Shown in pieces: positions 48,679 through 59,386 of a stretch of DNA of 64,000 nucleotides. Under the pieces are notes generated by a model that was not told the DNA's origin, ran no database searches, and was given only the letters and a program-made list of their open reading frames with translations. Numbering within the stretch: position 1 is the stretch's first letter; every line of letters starts with the position of its first letter. The position numbers and the translations under genes were made by a program. The DNA is taken from the sequence record DRR378314_195; one strand, given 5' to 3'.

Positions 48679-48758
48679 TTTATGCGACTGATATTATTGC
48701 CGCCATTCAAGATGAACACTTGTTCACCTCTTCCTACTGCGCTTCCCGGAGGTTTTCG

Positions 48759-50852
48759 ATGGCTTATTCTTCCCGACCGCACCAGCTCACGCTGGCGATA
48801 AGACGTTCGCTCACGATTGTGGCTCTATTTTCTCCGGCCGCCGCCATGGCACAAGACAGCACCACTGAACCGACAAGCCTCGGTGAGTTGGTCGTTTCCG
48901 CGACTGCATTAAAGGTCGAGGCTCCCTTGGTGGAAACACCCCGCCCCGGCTCAGTGGTGGAACAGGAAGAACTGGAAGAGCGTAATGTGCAGGCCCTCGA
49001 TGAAACCTTCCGCTATCGCGCGGGGGTGTTGTCCGGACAATACGGGGCGGACAACGATACCGACTGGCTGAAGGTTCGGGGGTTTGACCAGTCTACCTAC
49101 CAGGACGGCCTGCGCATCTATCGCGAGGGGTTTTACCAGTGGCTGCCTGAACCCTTCGGCCTGGAGCGTGTGGAGCTGCTCAAGGGACCGGCTTCCATCC
49201 TCTACGGTGAGGCGCCTCCGGGCGGTGTGATTAACGCCATCAGCAAACGCCCCACGGATACAGCCCAGGGCCAGGTGAATCTGCAGGTAGGCACCGATGA
49301 GCACCGCCAGCTTGGGTTCGATACCTCCGGGCCCGTCGCTGGGCGAAATGACGTCAGTTACCGCCTGGTTGGCCTGGGCCGCTACAGCGAAGGCGATCAG
49401 GACTTTACCGAAAACGAACGCTACTATTTTGCCCCTAGTCTGACCTGGGATGTTTCCGACGATACGGAACTGACGATCCTGGCCAGCGTTCAGAAAGACG
49501 ACGCTTTCCCTTACAACGGCTTCAAGCTGGCCTACGGAACCGTTGAAGATACCCCCTTCGGCAGGGTCGATCCCTCCGTTGACTATGGCGAGCCCGGCTA
49601 CGACACCAACGAACGCACCCAGTCGGCAATTGGTTACTCCCTGAGCCACCGCCTTAACGACACCTGGCGTTTTGAGCAGGACTTCCGCTACAGCCATGTG
49701 GATCTGCTGCTGCGTAGCACCTACATGTCCTACCAGCCGGACGCCCAGGCACAGCCCCGTGAAGGCCAACGTCAGATTATCTACCGCGATGGCGACATCA
49801 GCAGTTGGACCATTGACAACCGTGTGGTTGGCACATGGTTTACCCCGCGCACAGAACAGACATTCCTGGCGGGACTTGACTATCAGGACCTGAACAATCG
49901 AGGCGAACAGAATGGTGTCAACGGTTTTTCAAACTTCGGTGACCCCGTCGACCTGTTCGACCCCCAGTATGGGAACTTCACACCCATTACCCCAGCCGAC
50001 CTGATTCTGCTTGAAAACGACAAGCAACAGATCGGTGCCTACCTGCAGCATCAGGTGCGCCTGGATGACCGCTGGGTGTTCCTGGCGGGTGCGCGTTATG
50101 ACCAGGCCGATGTGGACAGCATCAACAGAACTGCGGGCACCCGGCAGGAAGGCGATACCGAAGAGCTCTCCCTGTCCGGTGGTGTAATGTACCTGGCCGA
50201 GAACGGATTCTCGCCCTATCTGTCTTATGCCGAATCTTTCCAGCCTATCGCTGGCACCGACAGTACCGGCGATCTCTATGAGCCCAGAAAGGGCAAGCAA
50301 CTGGAAGCTGGTGTGAAGATCGCACCGGACGACCTGGACGGCTACGTCACCGCCGCGGTGTTCCGGATCGAGGAGGAAAACTCACTTGGCACCAGCCAAA
50401 GCGGCTTCCAGATCCAGGACCGGGAGCGCAACACCGCTGGCTTTGAACTCGAGAGTGTCAGCTACCTGACTGACCAGTTGGAACTCACCGCCGCGTACAC
50501 ATACAGCGACGCCACCATCAAGGAAACTGAAACCGACAACAGCGAGCGAGCGGCCCCCCTTATTCCGAGACACATGGCCTCAGCCTGGCTGGATTACAGC
50601 TTCGTTGACCATCTGCCGGGCCTGAAGATTGGTGGCGGTGCCCGCTACGTGGGCTCTACTACCGACAACAGTGTGGACGTTCCCTCCTACACCGTTCTGG
50701 ACCTGATGGCCCAATACGAGGTAACCCGTAACTGGCAGGCACAGGTTAATGTCACCAACCTTGCAGACAGGGAATACGTCGCGAGCTGTGACTTCTGGTG
50801 TTACTACGGCGAAGCCCGCAGTGTGGTCGCCAGCGTCCGCTACCGATGGTGA
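48759..50852 (+). CDS. TonB-dependent siderophore receptor (FhuA-like)
   Basis: TonB box ELVVSA, VRGF, ERVELLKGPASILYG, NLADREY, C-terminal W. Confidence 0.93.
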   Translation: MAYSSRPHQLTLAIRRSLTIVALFSPAAAMAQDSTTEPTSLGELVVSATALKVEAPLVETPRPGSVVEQEELEERNVQALDETFRYRAGVLSGQYGADNDTDWLKVRGFDQSTYQDGLRIYREGFYQWLPEPFGLERVELLKGPASILYGEAPPGGVINAISKRPTDTAQGQVNLQVGTDEHRQLGFDTSGPVAGRNDVSYRLVGLGRYSEGDQDFTENERYYFAPSLTWDVSDDTELTILASVQKDDAFPYNGFKLAYGTVEDTPFGRVDPSVDYGEPGYDTNERTQSAIGYSLSHRLNDTWRFEQDFRYSHVDLLLRSTYMSYQPDAQAQPREGQRQIIYRDGDISSWTIDNRVVGTWFTPRTEQTFLAGLDYQDLNNRGEQNGVNGFSNFGDPVDLFDPQYGNFTPITPADLILLENDKQQIGAYLQHQVRLDDRWVFLAGARYDQADVDSINRTAGTRQEGDTEELSLSGGVMYLAENGFSPYLSYAESFQPIAGTDSTGDLYEPRKGKQLEAGVKIAPDDLDGYVTAAVFRIEEENSLGTSQSGFQIQDRERNTAGFELESVSYLTDQLELTAAYTYSDATIKETETDNSERAAPLIPRHMASAWLDYSFVDHLPGLKIGGGARYVGSTTDNSVDVPSYTVLDLMAQYEVTRNWQAQVNVTNLADREYVASCDFWCYYGEARSVVASVRYRW

Positions 50853-50882
50853 GGTAGCGGACCATCAAACATCTTGACGAAA

Positions 50883-50909
50883 GGAACCCGAACACGGCAC
50901 CCTGCGTAG
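50883..50909 (+). promoter_or_regulatory. ECF sigma-type promoter upstream of the sigma gene
   Basis: GGAACC-N16-CGTAG. Confidence 0.5.
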
Positions 50910-50952
50910 CATAGAAGGTAACCCTACCGATAACCCCGTTGGCGACTCCTGC

Positions 50953-51564
50953 ATGTCTGAACCGTTCAGTTCATCCACCACTGGCCGAGCCCCATCAGGC
51001 ACGGAGTCGCCATCTTCGGCGGTTTCCCCCGAACAACTCAGCAACCTGCTGAGAAGCGTCGCCGCGAAAGACCGCTCGGCGTTTGCAACGCTCTATGAAG
51101 CCACCGCTTCGAAACTTCTTGGCACCGTGATCCGTATCCTGAACAACAGAGGGTGGGCCGAAGAAGTCGTCCACGACAGTTACATCAAAATCTGGCAGAA
51201 AGCGGACCAATTCGATGCGGGAAAGGCTTCTGCAATCACCTGGATGGTCACTATTGCCCGCAATGGCGCTATCGATGAATTACGCAAGCACCCGGCAAAC
51301 CGTAAAGCACCGGAAGACGAGTTGGAGCAGCTCTCCAGCAAAGATCCCACTACCCAATCACGCGTGGAAGACCAGCAAACTGTGAACCAACTGAATCTTT
51401 GCCTGGAGCAACTGGAAAAAGACCGCCGTGACATGGTGCGGCTGGCCTACCTGAATGGCTGGTCCAGAGCAGATCTTGCCGCGCATTTCGACCAGCCAGT
51501 GAACACGGTAAAAACCTGGCTGCATCGGGCACTGAAACAATTGAAAGGGTGTCTTTCATCATGA
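50953..51564 (+). CDS. ECF sigma-70 factor (SigK-like)
   Basis: AFATLYE, AEEVVHD, WMVTIARNGAID, VNTVKTWLHRAL. Confidence 0.92.
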   Translation: MSEPFSSSTTGRAPSGTESPSSAVSPEQLSNLLRSVAAKDRSAFATLYEATASKLLGTVIRILNNRGWAEEVVHDSYIKIWQKADQFDAGKASAITWMVTIARNGAIDELRKHPANRKAPEDELEQLSSKDPTTQSRVEDQQTVNQLNLCLEQLEKDRRDMVRLAYLNGWSRADLAAHFDQPVNTVKTWLHRALKQLKGCLSS

Positions 51565-52316
51565 CCGACCGCGACGACCTGGACATGCTCGCAGCTGAGT
51601 TCGTCCTGGGCACACTGGATGCCCAGGAGCGGGCTAGTGTGGTCGTGCGGCGACAACACGAGCCGGATCTCGACGACATGATTGTTGCCTGGGAGCACCA
51701 CCTGGCAGCACTGGATGATGAAGTAACGCCGGTTACGCCAAACCCCGCACTGTACCAACGGATCGAGCAACAGATCGACGCCCTTGAATCCCAACCGGCG
51801 GACGGCAGCGCAGAGAGCAACGACAATACCAACGTAATTTCACTGCACAGACGCCTACGGCGATGGCAGTGGAGCACCGCCCTGGCCTCAGCGGCCGCCA
51901 TGGTGCTGGTTGCAGTCCTGGTATTCCAACCTGCGCCGGAAAGGGGCCAGCAGTCGTTCGTGGCCGTCTTCCAACAGAACGACCAACAGCCGGCCTTCAT
52001 GCTCTCGGTAGATCTGACCAACCGCCAAATGCAGATTCGTCCGGTAACGGCCGAACCCATGCAGGGAAAATCCTATCAGATGTGGATAAAAGCCGATTCA
52101 CTCGGGCCAAACCCCCGCTCCCTGGGCGTACTCAACGACAACCTCAGTCTGGACCACGCAGCGCTTCGTGACTACGACCCTGAATTACTGAAGAAAGCCA
52201 CCTTCGGTATCAGCGTTGAGCCTGAAGGTGGGTCACCCACCGGCCAGCCCACCGGGCCAGCCATCCATGGCTACCTATACCCCATTGCCGATGAGGCCCC
52301 GGGGCAATCTCAGTGA
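51561..52316 (+). CDS. Anti-sigma factor (RskA-like)
   Basis: AAEFVLGTL, one TM helix, YQMW, SVEPEGGSPTGQPTGP; ATGA overlap with the sigma gene. Confidence 0.9.
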   Translation: MTDRDDLDMLAAEFVLGTLDAQERASVVVRRQHEPDLDDMIVAWEHHLAALDDEVTPVTPNPALYQRIEQQIDALESQPADGSAESNDNTNVISLHRRLRRWQWSTALASAAAMVLVAVLVFQPAPERGQQSFVAVFQQNDQQPAFMLSVDLTNRQMQIRPVTAEPMQGKSYQMWIKADSLGPNPRSLGVLNDNLSLDHAALRDYDPELLKKATFGISVEPEGGSPTGQPTGPAIHGYLYPIADEAPGQSQ

Positions 52317-52334
52317 TTCTTTTTCGTCCTTGCT

Positions 52335-52361
52335 GAAACTTTTGGGAACCGCTCCCCGTAA
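52335..52361 (+). promoter_or_regulatory. ECF sigma-type promoter upstream of the secreted-protein gene
   Basis: GAAACT-N16-CGTAA, same spacing as the site at 50883. Confidence 0.55.
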
Positions 52362-52424
52362 CTGCGGTTACACCCATCGAACAAGACATCATGATGGGAT
52401 CAACCCGAAAGCAAGGAGAACACA

Positions 52425-52844
52425 ATGAAGAAGCATTTGATGACAAGCGCATTTCTGGCCGCAGCTCTGGCTTCTGGTTCCGCATTGGCAATGGACAACA
52501 TGAAAGTCGGGGTTTGGGGTGACAACCAGTCAGTTGCGGATGGCACCGTGACCGCCAAAAAAGTCGTCGCCGAGAGTAACGGCTGGCTCGTGGTGCATCG
52601 CACAGACGAGAGTGGCAAGCCCGGCCCGGTGGTGGCGCACGCGCCCCTCAGAAAAGGTGAAAACACAGACGTGGCCGCCATCCTTACCGAAAAAGTCGAG
52701 TCCGGCGACATGCTGATGCTGATGCTTCATGCCGAAGACGGTGGCATGAAAACCGGCATCTTTGAATATACCCTCGGCGCCAAGGAAGATGGCCCCATCA
52801 AGAAAGACGGCAAGCTGGTCATGAAGACCATCACCGCGCAGTAA
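52425..52844 (+). CDS. Small secreted protein (DUF7282-like)
   Basis: Signal peptide; GWLVVH, GKPGPVV, MLHAED, DGP; AAGGAG SD. Confidence 0.7.
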   Translation: MKKHLMTSAFLAAALASGSALAMDNMKVGVWGDNQSVADGTVTAKKVVAESNGWLVVHRTDESGKPGPVVAHAPLRKGENTDVAAILTEKVESGDMLMLMLHAEDGGMKTGIFEYTLGAKEDGPIKKDGKLVMKTITAQ

Positions 52845-52851
52845 ATGGCTT

Positions 52852-52876
52852 GGCGGGGCCGATGCTCGGCCCCGCC
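52852..52876. terminator. Hairpin between convergent genes
   Basis: GGCGGGGCCGA-TGC-TCGGCCCCGCC, 11-bp stem. Confidence 0.7.
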
Positions 52877-52879
52877 CGC

Positions 52880-53578
52880 TCAGTCCGATAATCCAAGATT
52901 TCCCGCATCCTTCCGGATACACTCATCAAGCAGCGCCAGGTACTCAGCTTTGGCTTTTCGTTTTGTCTGCTTGTGAGCGGTCATATTGAGCTTCTGGAAC
53001 TGACTCGCCAACTCATTGGCCCTCTCCATCAACCGCTCCGGATCAACCACCTCATCCAGGAATCCAGCCTGAACCGCACCCACCGGATCAAAGATTTCCG
53101 CGTTGACGACAGCGCGATAGAAATGCGCAGGTGACAACCGGTGCCGCGCAATCTCAATACCTGAGTGGTGCATCGTCATTCCAATAGCGACTTCGTTGAG
53201 CCCCAGCTTGCAAGAGCCTTCAACCCCAATGCGGTAATCCACCGACAACAGCAGAAACGCCCCTTTTGCAATCGCGTGTCCACTGCAGGCTGCAATCACG
53301 GGCAAAGGGAAGGCCGCAAGGCGGCGGCTGAACGTCGAGCCCACCGTCACCAGAGCGGTCGCTTCTTTCGGGCCCTTTTGCATCTCTTTCAGATCGTACC
53401 CTCCGGAAAAGATACCTGGCTGCCCAGTCAGGATGACAACGGCCTTGTCCTGCTCGGCCCGATCAAAAGCCTGATTGAGTGCTTCAAACACCTCATGGCT
53501 CAGCGCATTGGCCTTTCCATTGCGGATTGTGACCGTCGCCACGCCATTATTCAGTTGATACTCTACAAGGTCCGTCAC
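52880..53578 (-). CDS. Crotonase / enoyl-CoA hydratase family protein
   Basis: GKANAL, FSGGYDL, GHAIAKG, GLNEVAIG. Confidence 0.92.
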   Translation of the reverse strand: MTDLVEYQLNNGVATVTIRNGKANALSHEVFEALNQAFDRAEQDKAVVILTGQPGIFSGGYDLKEMQKGPKEATALVTVGSTFSRRLAAFPLPVIAACSGHAIAKGAFLLLSVDYRIGVEGSCKLGLNEVAIGMTMHHSGIEIARHRLSPAHFYRAVVNAEIFDPVGAVQAGFLDEVVDPERLMERANELASQFQKLNMTAHKQTKRKAKAEYLALLDECIRKDAGNLGLSD

Positions 53579-53662
53579 CGGTAAATCCTCTTCTGAAATT
53601 GTCGATGTAATCCGGTGAACTGTGCCAGCTTATGCCCCCACTGACCACTCCCCGGAAGCCTT

Positions 53663-56239
53663 TTAATTGCCTCCGGCGCCCTGCGACGTGCTGGTATCAG
53701 GCTGGGCTTTCCGGTACATCCAGGCCAGGCCCAACAACGCCAGACCGAGCCCCATAAAGGCCGCCACTCGCCACAGCCCCTGAAGACCCGCCATGTCGAT
53801 CAGGAAGATTTTGGCAATCACAAGGCCTAACAGAACCATGCCCGCCTTATAGAGCACCGTATTGTCACGTTTGGTGGAATAGATGATTGCGCCAATGGCG
53901 TAGAACAGGCTCACAATCGAATAGCTGTAGAGCTCGCCCTCTGACATACCGAACGCCAATCCCATGTCGCTGCCCTGCCAGAGTTGCCGGATTTCCAGTG
54001 CCGTGAACAGGAGAAAACCAGCGGCCGCCACACACAATGACCAGAACCGTGGCGCAATCGACGGAAACCGGCTGACGGCAAATGCAAGCACAACAGGGCC
54101 GGCGTAGGCAGGAAGCAGCATATTGAAGATGGCCGTATCACCGATATTGTCCCCACCCCACCAGGGATTGTGCAGGGTCACCAGGGCAAGATAGCTCAGT
54201 GTCGACAGCAGGATCAGCACCCGTGAGAACAACCGGTATAACCACACCAGTGATTCGCTTGCTGCGGCACGTACGGTGTAAGTAACACCCAGTGCGCCCC
54301 AGAGCAATGTATTCATCGCCGCCTCGGTAAAGCCGTACTCACGGGCAAATACATCGCCATCGTAAAGCCAGTAGCGCATCTCGGCACCCAGGAACAGCAC
54401 CAGTAGATGCAGAGTTGCCCCTTCCAGCCATGGACGGATAGCACGATCCTTTCCCGCCAGCCAGGTCGCAATACCTGCAAACAGCGTGGCGCCGCCATAG
54501 GTCCAGAGCGACCAATGCAGGCTGGCATCGTAATCCTGCAACCAGGGATTGAACGTCAACCGTGCCACCACCAGCGCCAGGGCGCCCTTGAGCAACAGGT
54601 AAAGTTCGGGCATCTGGTAGCGACGCGCCAACCAGGTCAGGCTGACGAACTGGGCAGAGAGCGCCAGGGTCAGCGATGCCTCGCGGACAATCATTACCGC
54701 AGCCAGTGAATAACTGACATGCGCCGCCAGTACTGCCCAGACAACACCCACCCGATAGCGCTCAAGGCTTTCCAGTTTCCAGGCAAGCACACCGTAAACA
54801 CCGCCAACCAGCAACATCGCAACCGACCAGACGGAGGATGTTTGATGACCGTGTATCAATAGCCAGCCAAGCACCGCCCAGACCAGTGGCGATAACAGTG
54901 TGAGTGAGGCCCACCGGCGGCGATCACTGTGGCGAACCCAGTGCCACAGCCCAAGCGAGACAGAGAGTATCGCGGCCACAATCAGGTAGGAAAGAAAGCC
55001 ACCCCGATGCTCCAACGCCATGGGCGTGAGATAGACGATCTCCGTGCCGCTCTGCCAGGCATAGCCCAGCCAACCCAGAGCACTCACCAGCACCCCGCTC
55101 CAGGGAAGGAACCAGAGCGATCCCCGGCTCTGTGGCAAGAGGGCCGTAGCTGGCAAAATCAGCAGCCAGCTCCAGAAAAACAGCCCCTCTTGGGTTTGCC
55201 CAGCCATGGACAGCCCCCAAAACACCAACAGTAACAACAGAACCTCCCGAAGGTACGGAAGTTCAAGTTTGATACGAGTCGGCACGAGCGCGAATACCAA
55301 AAACAAACCAGCAATGTACCAGGCTGTGGGTGAGCCAATCACAGCCCCACTCACGGTGACCAACCACCATAGCAAGGCGCCGGCTAACGTGGCGTACCAA
55401 AGCCAGTCCCGGTAGACATAACGCATCAACATCAAGGAGCTAACGGTCATCAGGAAACTGTAAGTGAGCACGAAAGCAAGACTGCCATCCTCTCCGCCAA
55501 TCAACAGCGGTACCAGGTAAGCGCCACTCAACCCCATCACCGCCAACAGCGGACCATGCACCAGTGCCAGCACCATGGTGCTCAGGGACACCAAGGCCAG
55601 CCCCATCAGACCAACGGTTGGACTGATCAATCCGTAGTGATGAACGCCCGCGAGCAAGGCGGCATAAAGGGTGATACTTCCCCCGCCCGCCAGCGCAGCG
55701 AATACGTCGTCAGCGCCACGGTTGCGGCGGCGCAGGTATTCCGCGCCAACATGCAACGCAAGGCCGCTGAGCAAGGCCAGCAACAACTGTTGTACTGGCC
55801 CAATCAATCCGGCGCTGATGGAATGGCTGACCATAAAGATCCCGGCCAAGCCGACACTCAGGCCACCGAGCCATACCATCCAGTGCTCTTTCAGGGCCTG
55901 GATGAAGCGAGGTCGATGGGGTGCCCTGGTGGCTGCAGAGGAAGAAGGGACCGATTCAGGTGGGGCTGGCGCGCTATCAACCGTTTCATCAGCCTCATCG
56001 GGTCCAGTCTCGGGTTCGGGTTCAAGCTCGAGTTCCAACTCTGGAGCCGGCTGGGCATTCCTGCCCGACTGCCCCTTGAGATAGAGCACCTCTTCACGCA
56101 GCCGGGATACTTCCCGGCTCAGCGATTCAAGGCGTTCGGACTGATCACGACGTCGGAAAAACGCCAGAATACCCAACACCGAGCCCACCGGAAGGAGCAC
56201 GGCAATACCAAGTGCCAGGATAATCAATAATGCTTCCAT
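53663..56239 (-). CDS. DUF2339 polytopic membrane protein
   Basis: WMVWLGG near the N-terminus, more than 20 TM helices, KIFLIDMAGLQGLWRVAAFMGLG C-terminus. Confidence 0.85.
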   Translation of the reverse strand: MEALLIILALGIAVLLPVGSVLGILAFFRRRDQSERLESLSREVSRLREEVLYLKGQSGRNAQPAPELELELEPEPETGPDEADETVDSAPAPPESVPSSSAATRAPHRPRFIQALKEHWMVWLGGLSVGLAGIFMVSHSISAGLIGPVQQLLLALLSGLALHVGAEYLRRRNRGADDVFAALAGGGSITLYAALLAGVHHYGLISPTVGLMGLALVSLSTMVLALVHGPLLAVMGLSGAYLVPLLIGGEDGSLAFVLTYSFLMTVSSLMLMRYVYRDWLWYATLAGALLWWLVTVSGAVIGSPTAWYIAGLFLVFALVPTRIKLELPYLREVLLLLLVFWGLSMAGQTQEGLFFWSWLLILPATALLPQSRGSLWFLPWSGVLVSALGWLGYAWQSGTEIVYLTPMALEHRGGFLSYLIVAAILSVSLGLWHWVRHSDRRRWASLTLLSPLVWAVLGWLLIHGHQTSSVWSVAMLLVGGVYGVLAWKLESLERYRVGVVWAVLAAHVSYSLAAVMIVREASLTLALSAQFVSLTWLARRYQMPELYLLLKGALALVVARLTFNPWLQDYDASLHWSLWTYGGATLFAGIATWLAGKDRAIRPWLEGATLHLLVLFLGAEMRYWLYDGDVFAREYGFTEAAMNTLLWGALGVTYTVRAAASESLVWLYRLFSRVLILLSTLSYLALVTLHNPWWGGDNIGDTAIFNMLLPAYAGPVVLAFAVSRFPSIAPRFWSLCVAAAGFLLFTALEIRQLWQGSDMGLAFGMSEGELYSYSIVSLFYAIGAIIYSTKRDNTVLYKAGMVLLGLVIAKIFLIDMAGLQGLWRVAAFMGLGLALLGLAWMYRKAQPDTSTSQGAGGN

Positions 56240-56265
56240 GCCTTCCCTCGCGTGTCAGGGGCCAT

Positions 56266-56592
56266 TTATCCAAAATAATCCTGCATCCAGTCCACCAGCG
56301 TTTGCGCACTGACATCAGACAACGCCATACTCTGGAACTCCTCACCCACCTCATCATCAATGGTCACGAACTGGTAAAGCAGAACGCCCGGCTGGTCGTC
56401 GTGCAGAATCAAGGTAATACGACGACGAGTGCGCAAACAATCCAGGGTCATCACATCCGCGGGAATGCCCGAATCACGCATGCCCCGGCGTACTTCCAGC
56501 ACCGGGTTGATATGTTCATGGGCAGCCTGGATACGGGTGTGAGCATCGCTGGCCATATCGGACAAGGCTTTCAGGGGATCAACATCGGACAT
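56266..56592 (-). CDS. Conserved hypothetical protein
   Basis: 108-aa ORF with typical codon usage, same strand as the DUF2339 gene. Confidence 0.65.
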   Translation of the reverse strand: MSDVDPLKALSDMASDAHTRIQAAHEHINPVLEVRRGMRDSGIPADVMTLDCLRTRRRITLILHDDQPGVLLYQFVTIDDEVGEEFQSMALSDVSAQTLVDWMQDYFG

Positions 56593-56732
56593 TCGGCGCT
56601 GCCTGTTCTTTTGGCATGTGAGTGAATCAACAGTCGTCACAGTTTACCCTGAAACCATGCAGACCATAACCTGACAAGCTACCATGACAGAGTTAGCACA
56701 CACTTGGACAACGTTTCTAAAGGGATCACTTA

Positions 56733-56936
56733 ATGGGAAGTTCAAAACTCGCCGGTATCGTTCTGCTCGTCGTAGGCATTGCACTGCTCTACTTCGGCTA
56801 TCAGTCAACCCAGTCCGTGGGAGGCCAGATTACCGAAACCCTCACCGGTCGCTTTACCGATGAGACCATGTGGTATCTGATCGGAGGCGCGGCCGCGGCT
56901 GCAGCCGGCGTTTTTCTGACGTTCATCAAGAAATAA
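56733..56936 (+). CDS. DUF3185 family small membrane protein
   Basis: GIVLLVVGIALLYFG...TGRFTDETMWYLIGG. Confidence 0.85.
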   Translation: MGSSKLAGIVLLVVGIALLYFGYQSTQSVGGQITETLTGRFTDETMWYLIGGAAAAAAGVFLTFIKK

Positions 56937-56962
56937 ACCACAAGCTGGGGCCGCCTCTCGGT

Positions 56963-59386
56963 ATGCGGGGAATAGCGCAACAACCCAACCTCCAGAGGAA
57001 GTTGAACACGCTCGTTGCCGGGCTTTGCCTGACGATTATCCTAACCGTGGGTTTCATGGTCGCGGTGGTGCAGCTGCAGTCCGCGATTACAGCCTACACC
57101 TGGGGTGAGAGTGTCTGGTCCAGAGCCCAGACGGATACCGTTCACCACCTTGACCGGTTCGCGGAAACCGGCCGATTCGCGGAGCTGGCAGCAGCGCGTC
57201 AGGCGCTGACCATTCCCATCGGCGACCTCCATGCCAGGGTCGCCATGACTGCACCCAACCTTGATTGGCAGCGTGCCCGGAAGGGGCTTCTGCAGGGCGG
57301 CAACCATCCTCGCGACCTTGATCGCATGATTCTGCTTGTACGCTATTTTTCATGGCTTGAGCAGTTGAACAACGCCTTAACAGCCTGGAAAGCCACCGAC
57401 GACCTGCTGCTGGAACTCGATCAAATCGGCAATCAGCTGGAACTCCAATGGCTCGCCGCATCTCCTGATCGCGAGCAACTGCGATTCCTCAGGGAACGGC
57501 TTTCGTTGTTGGACCAACAACTGCAAAGTAGAGCCAGGACATTCCGCCTCGCCATGGGCAATGCTGCGCGATGGGCCGCCAGTTTTCTTTCCATTGTCAG
57601 CGCGTCGTTCCTGATTCTTGTGGCCTTGCTGTCCTGGTTCATGGGGTTGCGACTGGTCAGGCTATTGAAACGGACCGAAGAAAATTTCCGCTCCATCTTC
57701 GAGCAGTCCGCCATTGGCATCATCCAGATCGATATCGAGGGTCGGATCGTCAACGCCAACCAGGCCACCTACGAGATCCTGGGCTACCAGCCCGACGAGC
57801 TTGTACAGCGCCCGTACCGTGAATTGGTGCATCCAGAAGACTGGGAAGTTGCGCGGAATGAGCGGCGAGCCGTCAACCGTGGGGATATCGACAGCTACAC
57901 CACCGAACATCGTCTCGTGCGCAAGAACGACGGTTTCCTCTGGGCCAGGCTCACCGTCTCGCGGGTGTGGGATGCCGCCAGCACATCGGCCTACTTCACC
58001 ACCGTGATGGAAGATATCTCCGAATCCCATCGCCTGTCGACTGAGCTGAGCTACATGGCCACCCACGACAGCCTGACCGGCCTTATAAACAGGCGCGCCT
58101 TTGAGCACCAGTTGGCCAGTCACCTTGGGCGTGTGCGTAAAGATGGCTCCAATCACGCCCTGTGCTTTATTGACCTAGACCAATTCAAGGTAGCCAACGA
58201 TACCTCCGGGCATGACGCTGGCGACCAACTGCTTCGCCAGGTGTCCGACATTATCCGCAATAGCCTCCGGGAAGCAGACATCCTGGCGCGGCTTGGCGGG
58301 GATGAGTTCGGCATCATCCTTGAAAACTGCGAACTGGACACGGCCCACGGGGTGGCCGAAAAAGTTCGAGCCGCCCTTGATCACCTGGTGTTCACCTGGC
58401 AGGACACCAGCCATACCATCAGTTGCAGTATCGGCGTGGTGCCCATCAACGCCGAAAGTTCTGGCATCAATGCTCTGATGAAGGCGGCGGATATCGCCTG
58501 CTACACCGCCAAGGACGGTGGCAGAAACCGGGTGTGCGTCATGTCAATGGATGACGAGCATCTTGCCTCCCAACGGGGACAGATGGAATGGTTGAACCGC
58601 ATCCAGTCCGCACTCCAGGACAACCTGTTTTTCCTGGATTGTCAGATGATCGCGCCGCCTGAAAGCCCCCGCGATGTCGTGCGATATGAAGTACTGATTC
58701 GCATGCGTTCGCCTGACGGGTCGGTGGTGCCACCCAGTGCATTCCTGCCGCCGGCGGAACGCTTTGGAATGGCCCCGCGGATAGACCGCTGGGTCATCGA
58801 CCACGTTCTGGAGAGACTGTCCCGGGTTCCGCAGCATCTTGAAGCGTTGGAGGCCTGTCATATCAACCTGTCGGGGCGCTCTTTCGATCAGGCCGACTTC
58901 GCGGACTTCGTGGTAGACCGGTTTAACCACTACCGTGTGCCAGCGAACAAGATCTGCTTCGAGATCACCGAAACCGCTGCCGTCCACAACCTTCTGGAGG
59001 TTCAGGCCTTCATGAAACGGCTGAGCGATATGGGCTGCAGCTTTGCCCTGGACGACTTCGGTTCAGGGCTGTCCTCTTTCGGTTACCTGCGCCGGTTGCC
59101 GGTCAGCTGCCTCAAGATTGACGGGATGTTCGTTCGGGATATCGTCACCAGCAAAACGGACCTCGCAATGGTCAGGGCCATTCACGACATTGGCCGGACC
59201 ATGGACATGACCACGGTGGCCGAATACGTCGAATCTGAAAGCGCTGTAACCCTGCTCAAAGAGATAGGCGTAGATCTTGTTCAGGGCTTCTGGGTCCACA
59301 AGCCGTGCCCGTGGGCTGACATCCTGGGCACAGAACCCAGCCGCCTCCCAGACAAGGTTGCACACCTCAAGGTTCGTTCAACGTAG
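56963..59386 (+). CDS. Membrane-anchored PAS-GGDEF-EAL protein
   Basis: Two TM helices, PAS (VHPED), RLGGDEF, EVLIR, DDFGSG; start approximate. Confidence 0.92.
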   Translation: MRGIAQQPNLQRKLNTLVAGLCLTIILTVGFMVAVVQLQSAITAYTWGESVWSRAQTDTVHHLDRFAETGRFAELAAARQALTIPIGDLHARVAMTAPNLDWQRARKGLLQGGNHPRDLDRMILLVRYFSWLEQLNNALTAWKATDDLLLELDQIGNQLELQWLAASPDREQLRFLRERLSLLDQQLQSRARTFRLAMGNAARWAASFLSIVSASFLILVALLSWFMGLRLVRLLKRTEENFRSIFEQSAIGIIQIDIEGRIVNANQATYEILGYQPDELVQRPYRELVHPEDWEVARNERRAVNRGDIDSYTTEHRLVRKNDGFLWARLTVSRVWDAASTSAYFTTVMEDISESHRLSTELSYMATHDSLTGLINRRAFEHQLASHLGRVRKDGSNHALCFIDLDQFKVANDTSGHDAGDQLLRQVSDIIRNSLREADILARLGGDEFGIILENCELDTAHGVAEKVRAALDHLVFTWQDTSHTISCSIGVVPINAESSGINALMKAADIACYTAKDGGRNRVCVMSMDDEHLASQRGQMEWLNRIQSALQDNLFFLDCQMIAPPESPRDVVRYEVLIRMRSPDGSVVPPSAFLPPAERFGMAPRIDRWVIDHVLERLSRVPQHLEALEACHINLSGRSFDQADFADFVVDRFNHYRVPANKICFEITETAAVHNLLEVQAFMKRLSDMGCSFALDDFGSGLSSFGYLRRLPVSCLKIDGMFVRDIVTSKTDLAMVRAIHDIGRTMDMTTVAEYVESESAVTLLKEIGVDLVQGFWVHKPCPWADILGTEPSRLPDKVAHLKVRST

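Noticed and set aside
48759..52316. FecIRA-type cell-surface signalling system
   Set aside because: The receptor lacks the N-terminal signalling domain, and the anti-sigma is RskA-like, not FecR-like
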